A stretch of DNA of 64,000 nucleotides from an uncultured delta proteobacterium (GTDB lineage Bacteria; Myxococcota_A; Polyangia; Polyangiales; Polyangiaceae). The stretch lies in NCBI GenBank assembly GCA_963850305.1, contig CAWKKR010000004.1:448001-512000 (forward strand). The letters run 5' to 3'. Below, piece after piece: positions 42,049 through 54,751 of the stretch (positions are counted from its first letter, which is position 1; each line of letters begins with the position of its first letter). Under the pieces are notes generated by a model. The model did no database searches. It was not told the DNA's origin and saw only the letters and a program-made list of their open reading frames with translations. A program made the translations under genes and the position numbers.

Positions 42049-42543
42049 ATGGCTTCGAACCTTCGTTTCTGCGTCCTCGGGGGCCTGGCCGTCTTGCTCG
42101 GCGCCTGTAGCAGCAAGCAAACCGGAGATCCTTGCACTCCGGGCGATCAAGACGGCATCAACGAGCAGCCGCAGACGGTGTTCGCAACCGTCAGTGACGC
42201 GGCGTTCGCCGAAGGCGGCGTGGACAGCGGGTCGACGGAACGAAACTTCACGACGCAGAACTCGAGTACCGTCACGTTCAGACTCACGAACGTCGGCACG
42301 AAGCCGCACGACTTCGCGATCGGGTGCAGGCCCACGGGGCTCCCCGATGGGTGCCCGCAGACGTCCTGCTTCCCCGCTGATGCGAACTTTGCTCCGCTCG
42401 CGCCGGGAGAAACCGAGACTCACACGTTCATGACTCCGGCGGTCGAGGGAGCGTACGAAATACGGTCCGACGTCCAGGGCGACTCGCAGAAGGACGCGGA
42501 CGGCGGGTTCTCCGGGTTGACCGCGGAATTCGTCCTGGAGTGA
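42049..42543 (+). CDS. Cupredoxin-fold lipoprotein with degenerate copper site
   Basis: Lipobox LGAC; VTFRLTNVGTKPHDF, LAPGET, GAYEIRSDVQGD...GLTAEFVL. Confidence 0.65.
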   Translation: MASNLRFCVLGGLAVLLGACSSKQTGDPCTPGDQDGINEQPQTVFATVSDAAFAEGGVDSGSTERNFTTQNSSTVTFRLTNVGTKPHDFAIGCRPTGLPDGCPQTSCFPADANFAPLAPGETETHTFMTPAVEGAYEIRSDVQGDSQKDADGGFSGLTAEFVLE

Positions 42544-42544
42544 T

Positions 42545-45104
42545 GTGGCGTTGCTCTCGCGCTGGGCTTCGACGCTCGGGTTCGCCTCGCTTTTCATCTG
42601 CGCCGTGGCACGGGCGGACCTCGTCGGCGCGGAACCGACGGCTCCCATCCTCGTGCCTTTCCCGGCGGGGGCGCCGCCGGTCGAGACGCAGAATCGTGCT
42701 GCAGCTCGTCGTGGACGCGGCCGGGCACGTGGAGTCTGCGGTAGTGACGTCGCGAGCGCCTGCGGACGCGCCGGCGGCGTTCGGCGACGCGGCGGTCGCG
42801 GCGGCGAAGGCCGCGTCGTTCCGACCGTCGATGCGCGACGGGCACGCGCTTCGTTCCCGCGTCGAATACGTGGTCGTGTTTCATCCGCCGGCGAACGCCG
42901 CTCCTTCCCCTGCGCCGGCCGCGCCCATGGCACTCGGTGCTCCTCCGGCGCACCCGCCCCCCAAAATCTCCAGATCGACCGAGGACGGAGCCCTGTCGAC
43001 GACGGAGCAAGACGAGGACTACCGCGAAGTCGTGCAGGTGCATGGAGTGGGGTGGTCCTCGCCGCGCGGGCTCGGGGACATGCGGATCAAGAGAGAGCTG
43101 CTGAACGCTTCGCCGCGGCAACAGACGAGCGAGATGCTGTCCGCGGCGCCCGGGTTTTTCGTCGATCACGAGGACGGCGAGGGGCTCGGCAACGACGTGT
43201 ACCTGCGCGGGTTCGATCTCGACCACGGGTCGGGCATCGAGATGCGCGTCGGGAACGTGCCGATCAACAACCCGGTGCACGTGCAGGGGCAAGGATACGC
43301 CGACGCGAACTTCATCATCCCCGAGGTCGTGCGCAGCATTCGCGTGCTGGAAGGGCCGTACGACCCGCGCCAGGGTGACGCCGCGATCGTCGGCAGCGCG
43401 TATTTCGACCTCGGCGTGCCGAACCGCGGGAGTCTCGTGAAACTGTCGTACGGCTCGTTCGATCAGATGCGCGTCGTCGGCGTGACGGCGCCCGAAGGCG
43501 CGGACGAAGAGACGTTCGCGGCGTTCGCGCTCCGGAAGACGGACGGATTCGGCGAGAACCGCGCGTCGCAATCCGGAACGGTGAACGCACAGTACGGCTT
43601 CGACCTCGGTGCGCACGACCATCTGCGATTGCTCGGGACGGCGTACGGCGTACGAGCAGCGTTGCCCGGCGTGGTGCGACAGGACGACCTCGATGCCGGG
43701 CGCATCGGGCTCTACGACAGCTACCCGAACTACGCCGAAAACCAGGGCGTTCAGACGTCGCGCGTGATCCTGGGCGCGGACTTCGACCACGTTCAGTCGA
43801 CCGGCGCGCGCTTCGAGTTCGCGCCCTGGGCGATGTGGACGAATTTCCGTGGCCGCCAGAACCTGAGCGGCAACATCTACGGCTCCCTATTGAATCCGGA
43901 GCTCGCGGGCGGACAGGGCGATCTCTGGGAGAGCACGAACGTCGAGACCGCCATGGGCGTCACCTCTCGCTATCACACGGCGCCGGTGGCGCTCGGAACC
44001 TTCGGCGAGCTCGTCGCGGAACCCGGCGTGTACGTCCGCGCGGGTCACACGGATCAGACGAAGAGCTTGCTGAATCCCGAGACGCTCGTGGCGTGGGACC
44101 GGCGGCTCGATGCGGGCCTCGACACCCTGGACGCCGGCGCGTACGTCGATCTCGACTTTCGCTTCTGGAAGCGGCTCCGCGTCTCGGGCGGCGTTCGTGC
44201 CGATCTGCTTCACGTGGGCGTCGACGATCGTCTGGGCTACGACGTGCCACCGGCGGAGCGCGGGGACGCGATTCCGGGCTCGACTCGCGCGACGGAAGGC
44301 GTCGCCGTCAGCCCGCGCGCGACGATCGAATACGACGCGACGCACGAGCTTGCCGTCGTGACCTCGTACGGCGAAGGATTTCGTTCGCTCGACGCGACCG
44401 CGAGCGTCGCCACGGTTGCCGCGACGCAAGGCTCGGGGCCCAGCATCCAGGAAGGCGCGAAGCCGTATTCCAAGGTGCGCTCGTTCGAGGGAGGGCTCCG
44501 CGTGCAGACGCCGAACGAGCGCTACACGGCAACGGCTTCGGCGTTCGAGACGCTCGTCGAGAACGAGCTCGTGTTCGAAGCGACGTCCGGGGGATTCACG
44601 ACCGAGGGCGCCAGCGTGCGCCGCGGCGTGGTCGGCTCGGTCGTGGCGAAACCGGCGGACTTCATTCTCGCGTCGGCCGCCCTCTCGGTCTCTTCGGCGA
44701 CGTTCACGACGCTCGTACCGGGCGTGTCGCACTACGTGCCGAACGTGCCGCCGGTGCTCCTGCGCGTGGACGTGACGGCACACGGCGCGCTCGCGACGCT
44801 CCGCGATCGGCCGCTGACCGGTCGCGTGGGCGTCGGATACACGTTCCTCGCCGGGCGCCATCTGACGGACGCCATCGTCGGCCCATCGAACAACGTGCTC
44901 AACGCGAACGCCGCGCTCCGTTATGGAAGCGTCGAACTCGGCGTCGACGCGTACAACCTGCTGAACCTGCGCTACGCCGACGACGAAGAGTACTATGTAT
45001 CCAACTTCAGCGTGAAACCGGGCACCGCCCTCGCATCGGCAGCGACGCACCTGTTCGCGGCCCCGCCGCTCACGGTGCTCGGCACGGCGGCGTTGTATTT
45101 TTGA
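42545..45104 (+). CDS. TonB-dependent receptor with N-terminal TonB_C domain, frameshifted at ~42692
   Basis: Signal peptide in ORF 42545; VLQLVVDAAGHV..FGDAAVAAA..FRP (TonB_C); plug YLRGFDLDHG, NFIIPEVV, EGPY; terminal LYF. Confidence 0.88.
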
Positions 45105-45110
45105 CGGGAC

Positions 45111-45992
45111 TCACGTCGACACCTCGAGCCGTTTGCGGATCGCCAGCAGTTCCTCGCGGCGCGCGGGAGTCGTTCTGGGATACGCGAGCCCGATGTCTTC
45201 CAGGGTATCGAGGACGACTTGGGACACGATCAACCGGGCGTTTTCCTTGTCGTCGGCGGGGACGACGTACCAGGGCGCATGATGAGTGCTGGTAGCGCCG
45301 AGGCATTCCTCGTAGGCCGTCATGTACTGCTCCCAGAATTCCCTCTCCTGGATGTCCGCCACGCTGAACTTCCAGTTTTTTTCCGGCTTGTCGATGCGTT
45401 CGAGAAAGCGCCGCCGCTGCTCCTCCTTCGAGAGGTGCAGGTAGAATTTGACGATGCGCGTTCCGTTGGCATGGAGGTGCCTCTCCAGGTCCACGATGGA
45501 TCGGTACCGGTCGCGCCAGACGGCTTTTTCCTCGAGCCTCGCGTCCGGGAGCCCTTCGTTCCGGAGGATCTCCGGATGGACGCGAACGATCAGCACCTCT
45601 TCGTAATAGGAGCGATTGAAGATGCCGATCCTCCCGCGTTCCGGGAGATCTCGCGTGGTGCGCCAGAGGAAGTCATGCTTGAGTTCGGTGGCACTCGGAT
45701 GCTTGAAGCTGAACACCTGGCAGCCCTGCGGATTGACCCCGGACATCACGTGCCGGATCGCGCCGTCCTTCCCCGCGGCGTCCATCGCCTGGAAGATCAG
45801 CAGGATGGCGTGGCCGCTCGTGGCGTAGAGCAACTCCTGCTGCGAGCTCAGCCGTTCGATGTGCTCCTTCAGGAGGGTCTCGTATTCTTCCTTCGACCGG
45901 TACGCGGGAGCGACCTTCGTCGGCCATTTCTCCAGATCGACGGCGGCTCCCTCGGTCACGCGAAATTCTTTGGTCTTCACGGTGGTCTGCAT
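45111..45992 (-). CDS. ppk2: Polyphosphate kinase 2 family (class III-like)
   Basis: [39 protein letters not shown]. Confidence 0.92.
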   Translation of the reverse strand: MQTTVKTKEFRVTEGAAVDLEKWPTKVAPAYRSKEEYETLLKEHIERLSSQQELLYATSGHAILLIFQAMDAAGKDGAIRHVMSGVNPQGCQVFSFKHPSATELKHDFLWRTTRDLPERGRIGIFNRSYYEEVLIVRVHPEILRNEGLPDARLEEKAVWRDRYRSIVDLERHLHANGTRIVKFYLHLSKEEQRRRFLERIDKPEKNWKFSVADIQEREFWEQYMTAYEECLGATSTHHAPWYVVPADDKENARLIVSQVVLDTLEDIGLAYPRTTPARREELLAIRKRLEVST

Positions 45993-46089
45993 CTCTGGGT
46001 CTCCTGCTCGCCTCGAGCCAGTCTGAAACGACGTGGCCTTCCCGGCCACCTCCGCGCGCGCGGCGTGGACGGGACCGCTCGGCGATCCG

Positions 46090-48672
46090 TCACTTCGTGG
46101 CGCGGAGTCGCCGAGCTCCCCTCACCAGGAGCGGAGATGCCGTCGGGTCGAGCACGCGATACGCGATCAACTTCACGCGGTCGCTCACGACGGCCCACGT
46201 AATGGCATAGCCCCAGACGAAGAACGCCCAGTTCCAGCCGAGCGGCGCCATGAACAACCCATAGACCGCAATCAGTGTGGCCAACGTTTGCGTCCCGAGC
46301 ACCGCCATCCAGAGAATGGGTGCCGGGCGTGTGGACCAGAACGGGCCCCGCGTGCGCGCCAGGAAGATCGTCAGATGGCCCGCCACGGACAGCATCAAGT
46401 ACATCAATGTCTGGATGCGCGGATGAGACAGATGAAAAACACGATCCCCCAGGTAGAATAGACCGAACGAAGCCAGCGGACCGACGACGCCCAGGACCGT
46501 GGCAATCCCCAGCACGAGGCGCATGTTCCAGGCCTCCGGTCTATTTTCGTAACGAACGTCGTCGTAGGCGATGGAGAGGATCGCGCCGTCGTTGAGGAGC
46601 GCGAGGATGACGATCATCACCGCGGTCAGCGGATAGAAATTGAACACCAGGATCGCGAGGGTCATGAACAGGAGCACGCGCAGTGTCTCGGCGATACGAT
46701 AAATCGCGTAGCTGTTCATTCGCCGGAAGATCTTCCGGCTTTCCTCGATCGCATGGATGATGACCGAGAGGCCCGGGGAAAGGAGCACGATGGACGCCGC
46801 CGCCCGCGCGGCGTCCGTGGCGCCCGACACGGCGATCCCGCAGTCCGCCTTCTTCAGCGCGGGCGCGTCGTTCACGCCGTCACCGGTCATGCCGACGATG
46901 TGTCCGCGCTGCTGGAGCACGTCCACGATGTGGAACTTGTGTTCGGGGAACACCTGGGCGAAGCCGTCGGCCTTCTCGATGGACTCGGCGGAACGCGCCG
47001 ACTCGTGATGCTTCGTGTCACCTAGACCGCTGGCGTCGAGAATGTTCGCGCCCATCCCGAGCTGCCGCGCCGTCTCGCGAGCGATCGCCACCTGGTCCCC
47101 CGTGACCATCTTCACCTCCACGCCCATCCGGCGAGCGCTCGCGATGGTGGCCCTCGCCTGTTCGCGCGGAGGATCGAACAGCGGCAACACCCCGATGAAC
47201 TTCCACGGGCCTTCCTGCTGGCCGCGAGCCACACCGAGCGAGCGGAAGCCGCGGCGGGCAAACTCGTCGATGGCCTGCTCGACCATGGGCCTTACGTCAG
47301 CACCGTCGGCCGACATGTCGAGGATCACCTGGGGCGCCCCCTTCGTGACCTTGAATTTCTTCCCGTCCGGGCCATCGACGGAAGCCTCGGTCCGCTTTTG
47401 GACGGGATCGAAGGGCTGGAAGTGAAGAACCTCGTAGCTCTCCGTGTCCCGATCGCTCTTCAGTCCCCCGATGACGGCAAGGTCGATCGCGTCGTGGTCC
47501 TCCGCGCGCGAGGCCAGCGCCGCACAGAGGATGAGCTCCTCCGCGGCGACGCCGCCGACGCAGAACGGATCTCCGAGGGTCAGCTTGTTTTGCGTTAGCG
47601 TTCCGGTCTTGTCGGAGCACAGGATGTCCACCCCTGCGAGTTCCTCGATTGCGGCGAGCCGCGTGATGATCGCTTGCTCCTTCGCCAGCAGGCGCGCGCC
47701 GACGGCCATCGTCACCGACAGCACCGTGGGCATCGCGACGGGGATCGCCGCCACGAGCAGCACCAGCGCAAACTGGAAGGTGGTGAGGACGGGGTCGCTA
47801 CGGAATAGGGCAACGACGATGATCACCGCGACCAGCGCGACCGCGAGAAGGATGAGGTAGTCCCCGATCTTCAGGACGGCTCGCTGAAAGTGGCTGACCG
47901 TCGTGGCCTCGTTCACGAGCTCCGCGGTCTTGCCGAAATAGGTCTGCGCACCGGTGGCGTACACCATCGCCTCGACCTCGCCGCGGCGCATGACCGAACC
48001 CGAGAACAGCGCTTCGCCCGCCTTCCGAGTCGCCGGCAGAGACTCGCCCGTGAGCGCCGACTCGTCCACCTGCACCGGATCGCCGCCGAGCAAGCGCACG
48101 TCGGCGGGCACGATGTCCCCGAGGCGCACGCGAATGACGTCGCCGGGCACGAGTTCGCGCGCCTCCAGGTTGCTCCAGCTCCCGTCGCGCTTGACGGTAG
48201 CCTGGAGCGCCAGCTTCGCCCGGAGCGCGGCGATGGCGTTGCCTGCCTGCCGCTCTTCCCAGAACCCGACCAGCGCGTTGGACACCAGCAAGACGAGAAT
48301 GATCCACAGGTCCAGCCAGTGCCGGACTATCGCCGACAGAATCACCGCCCCTTCGATCATCCCCGGGATGGGACCCCAGAAGTAGCCGAGAGCCTGGAGC
48401 AGCACGCTCGTCTTGCGCTCCTGAAGTTCGTTCGGCCCGTATGCGGCGAGCCGCTTCCGAGCTTCGGCGAGCGTCAGCCCATCGGATGACGACCCGAGCC
48501 GCTGCTGAAGCCCCGGCATGGGTACGGATTTCAGAACGTCAGCGGGGTAAGCCTCGGACGAGGTTTCGCCGTGGGGACTCGTCCGCGGCGCGGAGCCGCG
48601 CTTCGCGCGGTGGGTGGTCTTCGCGACCGACTCCGACTTCGAAGCAGTGGACCGAGCTGAATCGGGTTCCAT
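46090..48672 (-). CDS. Plasma-membrane-type proton-efflux P-type ATPase (P3A)
   Basis: [42 protein letters not shown]. Confidence 0.92.
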   Translation of the reverse strand: MEPDSARSTASKSESVAKTTHRAKRGSAPRTSPHGETSSEAYPADVLKSVPMPGLQQRLGSSSDGLTLAEARKRLAAYGPNELQERKTSVLLQALGYFWGPIPGMIEGAVILSAIVRHWLDLWIILVLLVSNALVGFWEERQAGNAIAALRAKLALQATVKRDGSWSNLEARELVPGDVIRVRLGDIVPADVRLLGGDPVQVDESALTGESLPATRKAGEALFSGSVMRRGEVEAMVYATGAQTYFGKTAELVNEATTVSHFQRAVLKIGDYLILLAVALVAVIIVVALFRSDPVLTTFQFALVLLVAAIPVAMPTVLSVTMAVGARLLAKEQAIITRLAAIEELAGVDILCSDKTGTLTQNKLTLGDPFCVGGVAAEELILCAALASRAEDHDAIDLAVIGGLKSDRDTESYEVLHFQPFDPVQKRTEASVDGPDGKKFKVTKGAPQVILDMSADGADVRPMVEQAIDEFARRGFRSLGVARGQQEGPWKFIGVLPLFDPPREQARATIASARRMGVEVKMVTGDQVAIARETARQLGMGANILDASGLGDTKHHESARSAESIEKADGFAQVFPEHKFHIVDVLQQRGHIVGMTGDGVNDAPALKKADCGIAVSGATDAARAAASIVLLSPGLSVIIHAIEESRKIFRRMNSYAIYRIAETLRVLLFMTLAILVFNFYPLTAVMIVILALLNDGAILSIAYDDVRYENRPEAWNMRLVLGIATVLGVVGPLASFGLFYLGDRVFHLSHPRIQTLMYLMLSVAGHLTIFLARTRGPFWSTRPAPILWMAVLGTQTLATLIAVYGLFMAPLGWNWAFFVWGYAITWAVVSDRVKLIAYRVLDPTASPLLVRGARRLRATK

Positions 48673-48912
48673 GTCGGTTCCTCCGTGTGCGGCAGGCAAT
48701 GCGCTCCGTGCGTGCACCACCGGTCGCCCGTTTCGTCGAGGGCCTTCGGGCGTTTGGTAGACCGCGTAGCATGTCCCGTACCAAGGCCGGTTTTCGCCGC
48801 CTGGGCGAGCGCTCGGTCCATCTTCGATGTCCGGCGAACGGAGTCGTCACGCAAAGCTCACCCTGAGCTCACCTTTGCGACACGGACATGGCAAAGTGTG
48901 GCCGCCCCGCGA

Positions 48913-51084
48913 ATGGACGAAAGCGCAGTGACTCTGGCCGAAGAACCCGCACCCAGCCGCGCGGTCATCGAAGCGTCGAAGGACGAGGCGAAGGCCAAGG
49001 ACGAGGCCGGAACACCGTTCATCAACCGCGAGCTGAGCTGGCTGAGGTTCAATCGCCGCGTCCTCGCCGAGGCGCTGGACGACAGTCTCCCGATCATCGA
49101 GCGCGTTCGCTTTCTGTCGATCTTCAGCAGCAACCTCGACGAATTCTTCATGATCCGCGTGTCGGGGCTGCGTGCGCAGATGGCGACGATGGCGAACGAG
49201 CGGTCGTCCGATGGGCGAACGCCCGCGGAGCAACTCGCCGCGATTCGACGCGACCTTTCGCCGACACTCGATCGGGCGGCCGCGTGCTGGCAGGACGATC
49301 TGCTCAAGCGACTCGCGCAGGAAGGCATCCGCATCCTCCGATACGACGAGCTGAAGAAGAAACAGCGACATCTCCTCCGCCAGCACTTTCAGAAGCACAT
49401 CTTCCCCACCCTGACGCCCCTCGCCTTCGACCCGGGACACCCGTTTCCGCACATCTCCAACCTGAGCATCAATCTCGCGGTCGTCGTGCGGGCGCCGAAC
49501 CAGCTGGAGAAGTTCGCGAGGCTGCGTGCACCGGCGAGTCTCGCTCGGTTCGTCCGGATCCCCGACGAGGAGAAGGCCGAGAAATACGACGAGCTGGGGC
49601 TTCAGAACATCGTCGAACCGAACTTCGTGTGGCTCGAGGAGGTGATTGCCGCGAACCTCGATCTCTTGTTCCCGAAGATGGAGGTCGTCGCGTGCTATCC
49701 GTTCCGCGTCACGCGCGACGCCGACACGGAGATCGAAAGTGACGAGGCCGAGGACCTCCTGACGGCCATCTCGCACGTCGTGGAGCGGCGCTACTTCGGG
49801 CGCGCGGTCCGGCTCGAAATCGACAGTCAGATGCCGGAGCGCATCCGCGACATCCTCACGGTGAACCTCGAGCTCTTGCCGTATCAGGTGTACACGGCGC
49901 TGGGGCCAATCGGACTCGCCGATCTCGCGCAGCTGACGTCGATCGACCGCCCTCAGCTCAAGTATCCGCCATTCACGCCGGTGACGCGACGGTTCCCGGG
50001 CCCCGAGGGGATCTTCGGCGCGATCCGGAAGCGCGACATCATCCTCCATCACCCGTACGACTCGTTCGATACGGTGCTCGAGTTTCTCTCGACCGCCGCG
50101 AAGGATCCGGACGTCATCGCGATCAAACAGACGCTTTATCGCGTCGGTCCGGCGTCTCCCATCGTTTCTTATCTGAAGGAAGCGCGCGAGAACGAGAAGC
50201 AAGTCGCGACGCTGGTCGAGCTCAAGGCGCGATTCGACGAAGAGAACAACATCGTCTGGGCGCAGGAACTCGAACAGGCCGGCGTTCACGTCGTTTACGG
50301 CGTGGTCGGTCTCAAGACGCACGCGAAGATGGCGCTCGTCGTCCGGCGCGAGGGCAACCGGCTCCGTCTCTACGTGCACCTCGGCACCGGGAACTACAAC
50401 GCGGTGACCGGCAAGCTCTACACGGACATCGGTCTGCTCACGTGTAACCCCGACATCGCCCGGGACGTGCTGGACCTCTTCAACGGGCTCACGGGCTACT
50501 CCGGCAAGACGGATTATCACGAGCTCATCGTCGCGCCCGGATCCATGCGGGATCACATGCTCGCGCGCATCGAGCGCGAGGTCGAAGCACACCGTACGCA
50601 CGGGCAGGGACGGATCGCGTGGAAGCTGAACTCGCTGTCCGACGAGCCCATCGTCGAAGCGCTCTACCGTGCGTCGCAGGCCGGCGTGCGCGTCGATCTC
50701 GTGGTGCGAGGCATTTGCTGTTTGAGGCCTGGCGTAGCCGGGCTAAGCGAGAATATCCGCGTAACCTCCGTCGTGGGCCGGTTCCTCGAGCACGAACGCA
50801 TCTACTACTTCGCGAACGGAGGGAAGGAGGAGCTCCTGATCGGCAGTGCCGACATGATGCGCCGGAACCTGGATCGCCGCGTCGAGGTCATCGTCCCGGT
50901 GAAAGATCCGGAGCTCCGCGCCGCGGTTCGTGACAGCATCCTCGAGGTGTCGCTCGGAGACAACGTCAAGTGCTGGGAGCTGTACCCGGACGGTTCCTAC
51001 AAGCGCCGTGAGGTCGGCGATGCCGAGCCGCTGAACTCGCAGGAGCGTCTGATGGCCAAGGGAGGCACCTGGCGGGGTGAATGA
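48913..51084 (+). CDS. ppk1: Polyphosphate kinase 1
   Basis: INRELSWLRFNRRVL, SNLDEFFMIRV, HHPYDSF, ELKARFDE, KTHAK, GRFLEH. Confidence 0.97.
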   Translation: MDESAVTLAEEPAPSRAVIEASKDEAKAKDEAGTPFINRELSWLRFNRRVLAEALDDSLPIIERVRFLSIFSSNLDEFFMIRVSGLRAQMATMANERSSDGRTPAEQLAAIRRDLSPTLDRAAACWQDDLLKRLAQEGIRILRYDELKKKQRHLLRQHFQKHIFPTLTPLAFDPGHPFPHISNLSINLAVVVRAPNQLEKFARLRAPASLARFVRIPDEEKAEKYDELGLQNIVEPNFVWLEEVIAANLDLLFPKMEVVACYPFRVTRDADTEIESDEAEDLLTAISHVVERRYFGRAVRLEIDSQMPERIRDILTVNLELLPYQVYTALGPIGLADLAQLTSIDRPQLKYPPFTPVTRRFPGPEGIFGAIRKRDIILHHPYDSFDTVLEFLSTAAKDPDVIAIKQTLYRVGPASPIVSYLKEARENEKQVATLVELKARFDEENNIVWAQELEQAGVHVVYGVVGLKTHAKMALVVRREGNRLRLYVHLGTGNYNAVTGKLYTDIGLLTCNPDIARDVLDLFNGLTGYSGKTDYHELIVAPGSMRDHMLARIEREVEAHRTHGQGRIAWKLNSLSDEPIVEALYRASQAGVRVDLVVRGICCLRPGVAGLSENIRVTSVVGRFLEHERIYYFANGGKEELLIGSADMMRRNLDRRVEVIVPVKDPELRAAVRDSILEVSLGDNVKCWELYPDGSYKRREVGDAEPLNSQERLMAKGGTWRGE

Positions 51085-51590
51085 CGGAGCTCCTGGTCGT
51101 GCGTCACGGCATCGCGCTCGGCCGTGAAGACGCGGCCGCCGCGGAGCTCGACGATCGGGAGCGACCGCTCACGCGCCGCGGGCGCGAACGGACGACGCTC
51201 GTCGCGGAAGCGCTGGCGAAGCGGAAGCCGCGCCTCGACGCGATCTTCACGAGCCCGCTCCGCCGCGCGCGCGAGACGGCGGAGCTCCTGGCGGACGCCT
51301 GCGGGGGGCTGAACTGCGTCGAGACGACGTCGCTCCTGCCGGACGCGGACCCGCGGGAGCTCGCGGAATTTCTCTCGGAGAGGACCGTTCCGCGAACCAT
51401 CGCGGTCGTGGGTCACGAGCCGCATCTCGGTTGCTTCGTCGGATGGAGTCTGACGGGGGAACGTCGCTCCGTGATCGAGCTAAGAAAGGCGGGCACGTGC
51501 CTGCTCCGTTTCGAGGGCGCGCCGCGCGCCGGCGAGGGACGGCTGATTTGGCTCTTGTCGCCGGCACTGATGCGCGGAAGATGCGGCTGA
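51081..51590 (+). CDS. sixA: Phosphohistidine phosphatase SixA
   Basis: VRHG, RPLTRRG, SPLRRARETA, VGHEP. Confidence 0.88.
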   Translation: MTELLVVRHGIALGREDAAAAELDDRERPLTRRGRERTTLVAEALAKRKPRLDAIFTSPLRRARETAELLADACGGLNCVETTSLLPDADPRELAEFLSERTVPRTIAVVGHEPHLGCFVGWSLTGERRSVIELRKAGTCLLRFEGAPRAGEGRLIWLLSPALMRGRCG

Positions 51591-53107
51591 TGGCGAGCGC
51601 GTCGAATCCGTCGTACCCGCGCGGGCAGACCCTGGCCGCGATCGATCTCGGATCGAACAGCTTCCACATGGTGGTCGCAAGGGTGATGGACGGACAGCTC
51701 GTCATCGTCGACCGGATGAAGGAAATGGTGCAGCTTCGTGCCGGGCTCGACGCCAGCCGGCGCCTCGACGCCGCGGCGGAGCAACGCGCGCTCGCGTGCC
51801 TGGAGCGGTTCGGACAGCGCGTGCGCTCCCTGCCGGAAGAGAGTGTGCGCGCCGTCGGAACGAACACGCTTAGGCTCGCGCGCAATGCCGACCCGTTTCT
51901 CGAGAAGGCGGAAAACGCACTCGGGCAGCCCATCGAAATCATCAGCGGCATCGAAGAAGCACGGCTCATCTACCTCGGAGTAGCGCACGGTTTCGGGCCC
52001 AGTGACGAGCGACGCCTCGTCGTCGACATCGGAGGGGGCAGCACGGAGCTCGTCGTCGGCGAGCGATTCTCGCCGCTCGATCTGGAGAGCCTGTACATGG
52101 GCTGCGTCGCCATGATGCAGCTCCATTTCCCGGATGGAAGACTCTCCGCAAGGCGATTCCGCCGTGCGGAAGTCGCGGCCCTTCAGGAACTGGAGCGTGT
52201 CGAGAAGCGGTTCCGGCGCATCGGCTGGAAGATGGCCATCGGGGCGTCCGGCACGATCCGCGCCGTCAGCGGCGTCATCCACGAAAGCACACCGGGCAAG
52301 CCGGGCATCACGCGAGAGGCGCTGAAGAAGCTCCGCGCCACCGTTCTCGCGGCCGAACACGTCGACCAGCTCTCGCTGCCTGGGTTGACTCCGTCACGCG
52401 CGGCGGTGTTCCCGGGCGGCCTCGCGATTCTCTCGGCCATCTTCGAGAGCTTGCAGATCGACGAGATGCAGGTGAGTCAGAGCGCGCTCCGCGAGGGGCT
52501 GCTGAACGACCTCGTCGGGCGCTTCTTCCATCGCGACGTGCGCACCATGACCGTGACCGCCCTGATGGATCGGTATCACGTCGATCGCGAGCAAGCCGAG
52601 CGAGTCGAGAAGACCCTGCTCAAGCTACTCCCGCAGGTGGAGACCGCCTGGGATCTCCCCTCCCCGCGGTCGCTCGAGCTCTGCTCGTGGGCGGCGCGCC
52701 TCCACGAGATCGGCCTCGATATCGCGCACAGCCACTATCACAAGCACGGCGCCTACGTGCTCGAGAACGCGGACATGCCGGGGTTCTCGCTCCAGGAACA
52801 GAGGCTCTTGTCGGCGCTGGTCCGCGCGCACCGTCGCAAGTTCCCGGTGAGCACCTTCAGGAGCCTTCCCGCCAAGGCGCGCGTCGTGGAACACCTCGCC
52901 GTCCTTCTCCGGCTCTCCGTGCTCCTGCACCGGAGCCGCGCCGACGTCCCGGACCTCTCGCTCCTACCCGGAAGGCGGAGGCTCGAGCTCAAGTTTCCCG
53001 CCGGCTGGCTCGAGGCGCAGCCGCTCACGCAGGCGGATCTCCAGGAAGAGGCGGAGTTCCTGCGCGAGGCGGATTTCGAGCTGCGCGTGCCGTCCGCGTC
53101 GGCGTAA
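51590..53107 (+). CDS. ppx: Exopolyphosphatase
   Basis: AAIDLGSNSFH, EEARLIY, DIGGGSTE, ALREG, LHEIG. Confidence 0.93.
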   Translation: MASASNPSYPRGQTLAAIDLGSNSFHMVVARVMDGQLVIVDRMKEMVQLRAGLDASRRLDAAAEQRALACLERFGQRVRSLPEESVRAVGTNTLRLARNADPFLEKAENALGQPIEIISGIEEARLIYLGVAHGFGPSDERRLVVDIGGGSTELVVGERFSPLDLESLYMGCVAMMQLHFPDGRLSARRFRRAEVAALQELERVEKRFRRIGWKMAIGASGTIRAVSGVIHESTPGKPGITREALKKLRATVLAAEHVDQLSLPGLTPSRAAVFPGGLAILSAIFESLQIDEMQVSQSALREGLLNDLVGRFFHRDVRTMTVTALMDRYHVDREQAERVEKTLLKLLPQVETAWDLPSPRSLELCSWAARLHEIGLDIAHSHYHKHGAYVLENADMPGFSLQEQRLLSALVRAHRRKFPVSTFRSLPAKARVVEHLAVLLRLSVLLHRSRADVPDLSLLPGRRRLELKFPAGWLEAQPLTQADLQEEAEFLREADFELRVPSASA

Positions 53108-53128
53108 CGCATCGAGTAGACTCGGAGC

Positions 53129-54109
<981 letters not shown>

Positions 54110-54111
54110 GC

Positions 54112-54741
54112 ATGCCGTCGAGGTCACCGCCCCTTTCGTGGCTCCAGCCGTCCGTCCTAGTGGGCTCGCTCGTTCCCTTCGCGGCGCTCGCGTATCGCGC
54201 GGCGGCGGGCCGCCTCGGCGCGAACCCCGTCGCGACCGCGCTCAATCAACTCGGCCTGCTCGCGCTGATCTTCCTCTGCGCGTGCCTCTCGTGTACCCCG
54301 CTCAAGACGCTCTTCGGCCTTGCTTTTCCGATGCGCCTGCGAAAGACGCTCGGTCTCCTCTGCTTCTTCACGGCACTCGCGCACGTCACGGTGTATGTGG
54401 CCGTCGATCAAGGCTTCGCGTTCGGCGTCATCGTCCGGGACGTCACCAAGCGCCCGTTCATCGCAGTCGGTTTCGCCGCGCTGACGCTCCTCGTCCCGCT
54501 CGCCCTCACCTCGACGAAGGGCTCCGTGAAGCGCCTCGGGTTCGCGCGCTGGAAGCTCCTGCACCGGCTCGTCTATGTGACGGCGGTGCTCGCGATCATT
54601 CACTTCGTGATGCGGGTGAAGGCGGACACTCGCGAGCCCTATCTGTACGCGGCGTTCCTCGGCGTGCTCTTCGCCGTCCGGGTCCATGACGGCGCGCGGC
54701 CCGGCAAGGCCCGCGCGAAGCGCAGGGCCGTGCCAGGTTGA
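54112..54741 (+). CDS. msrQ: Protein-methionine-sulfoxide reductase heme subunit
   Basis: LGANP, RKTLGL, KRPFIAVG, PLALTS, WKLLHRLVY. Confidence 0.93.
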   Translation: MPSRSPPLSWLQPSVLVGSLVPFAALAYRAAAGRLGANPVATALNQLGLLALIFLCACLSCTPLKTLFGLAFPMRLRKTLGLLCFFTALAHVTVYVAVDQGFAFGVIVRDVTKRPFIAVGFAALTLLVPLALTSTKGSVKRLGFARWKLLHRLVYVTAVLAIIHFVMRVKADTREPYLYAAFLGVLFAVRVHDGARPGKARAKRRAVPG

Positions 54742-54751
54742 GCGATTCGCG

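Noticed and set aside
42680..42700. Programmed ribosomal frameshift in the TonB receptor (also slt and the 54752 gene)
   Set aside because: No slippery heptamer or long homopolymer; a shared single-base-duplication error is simpler
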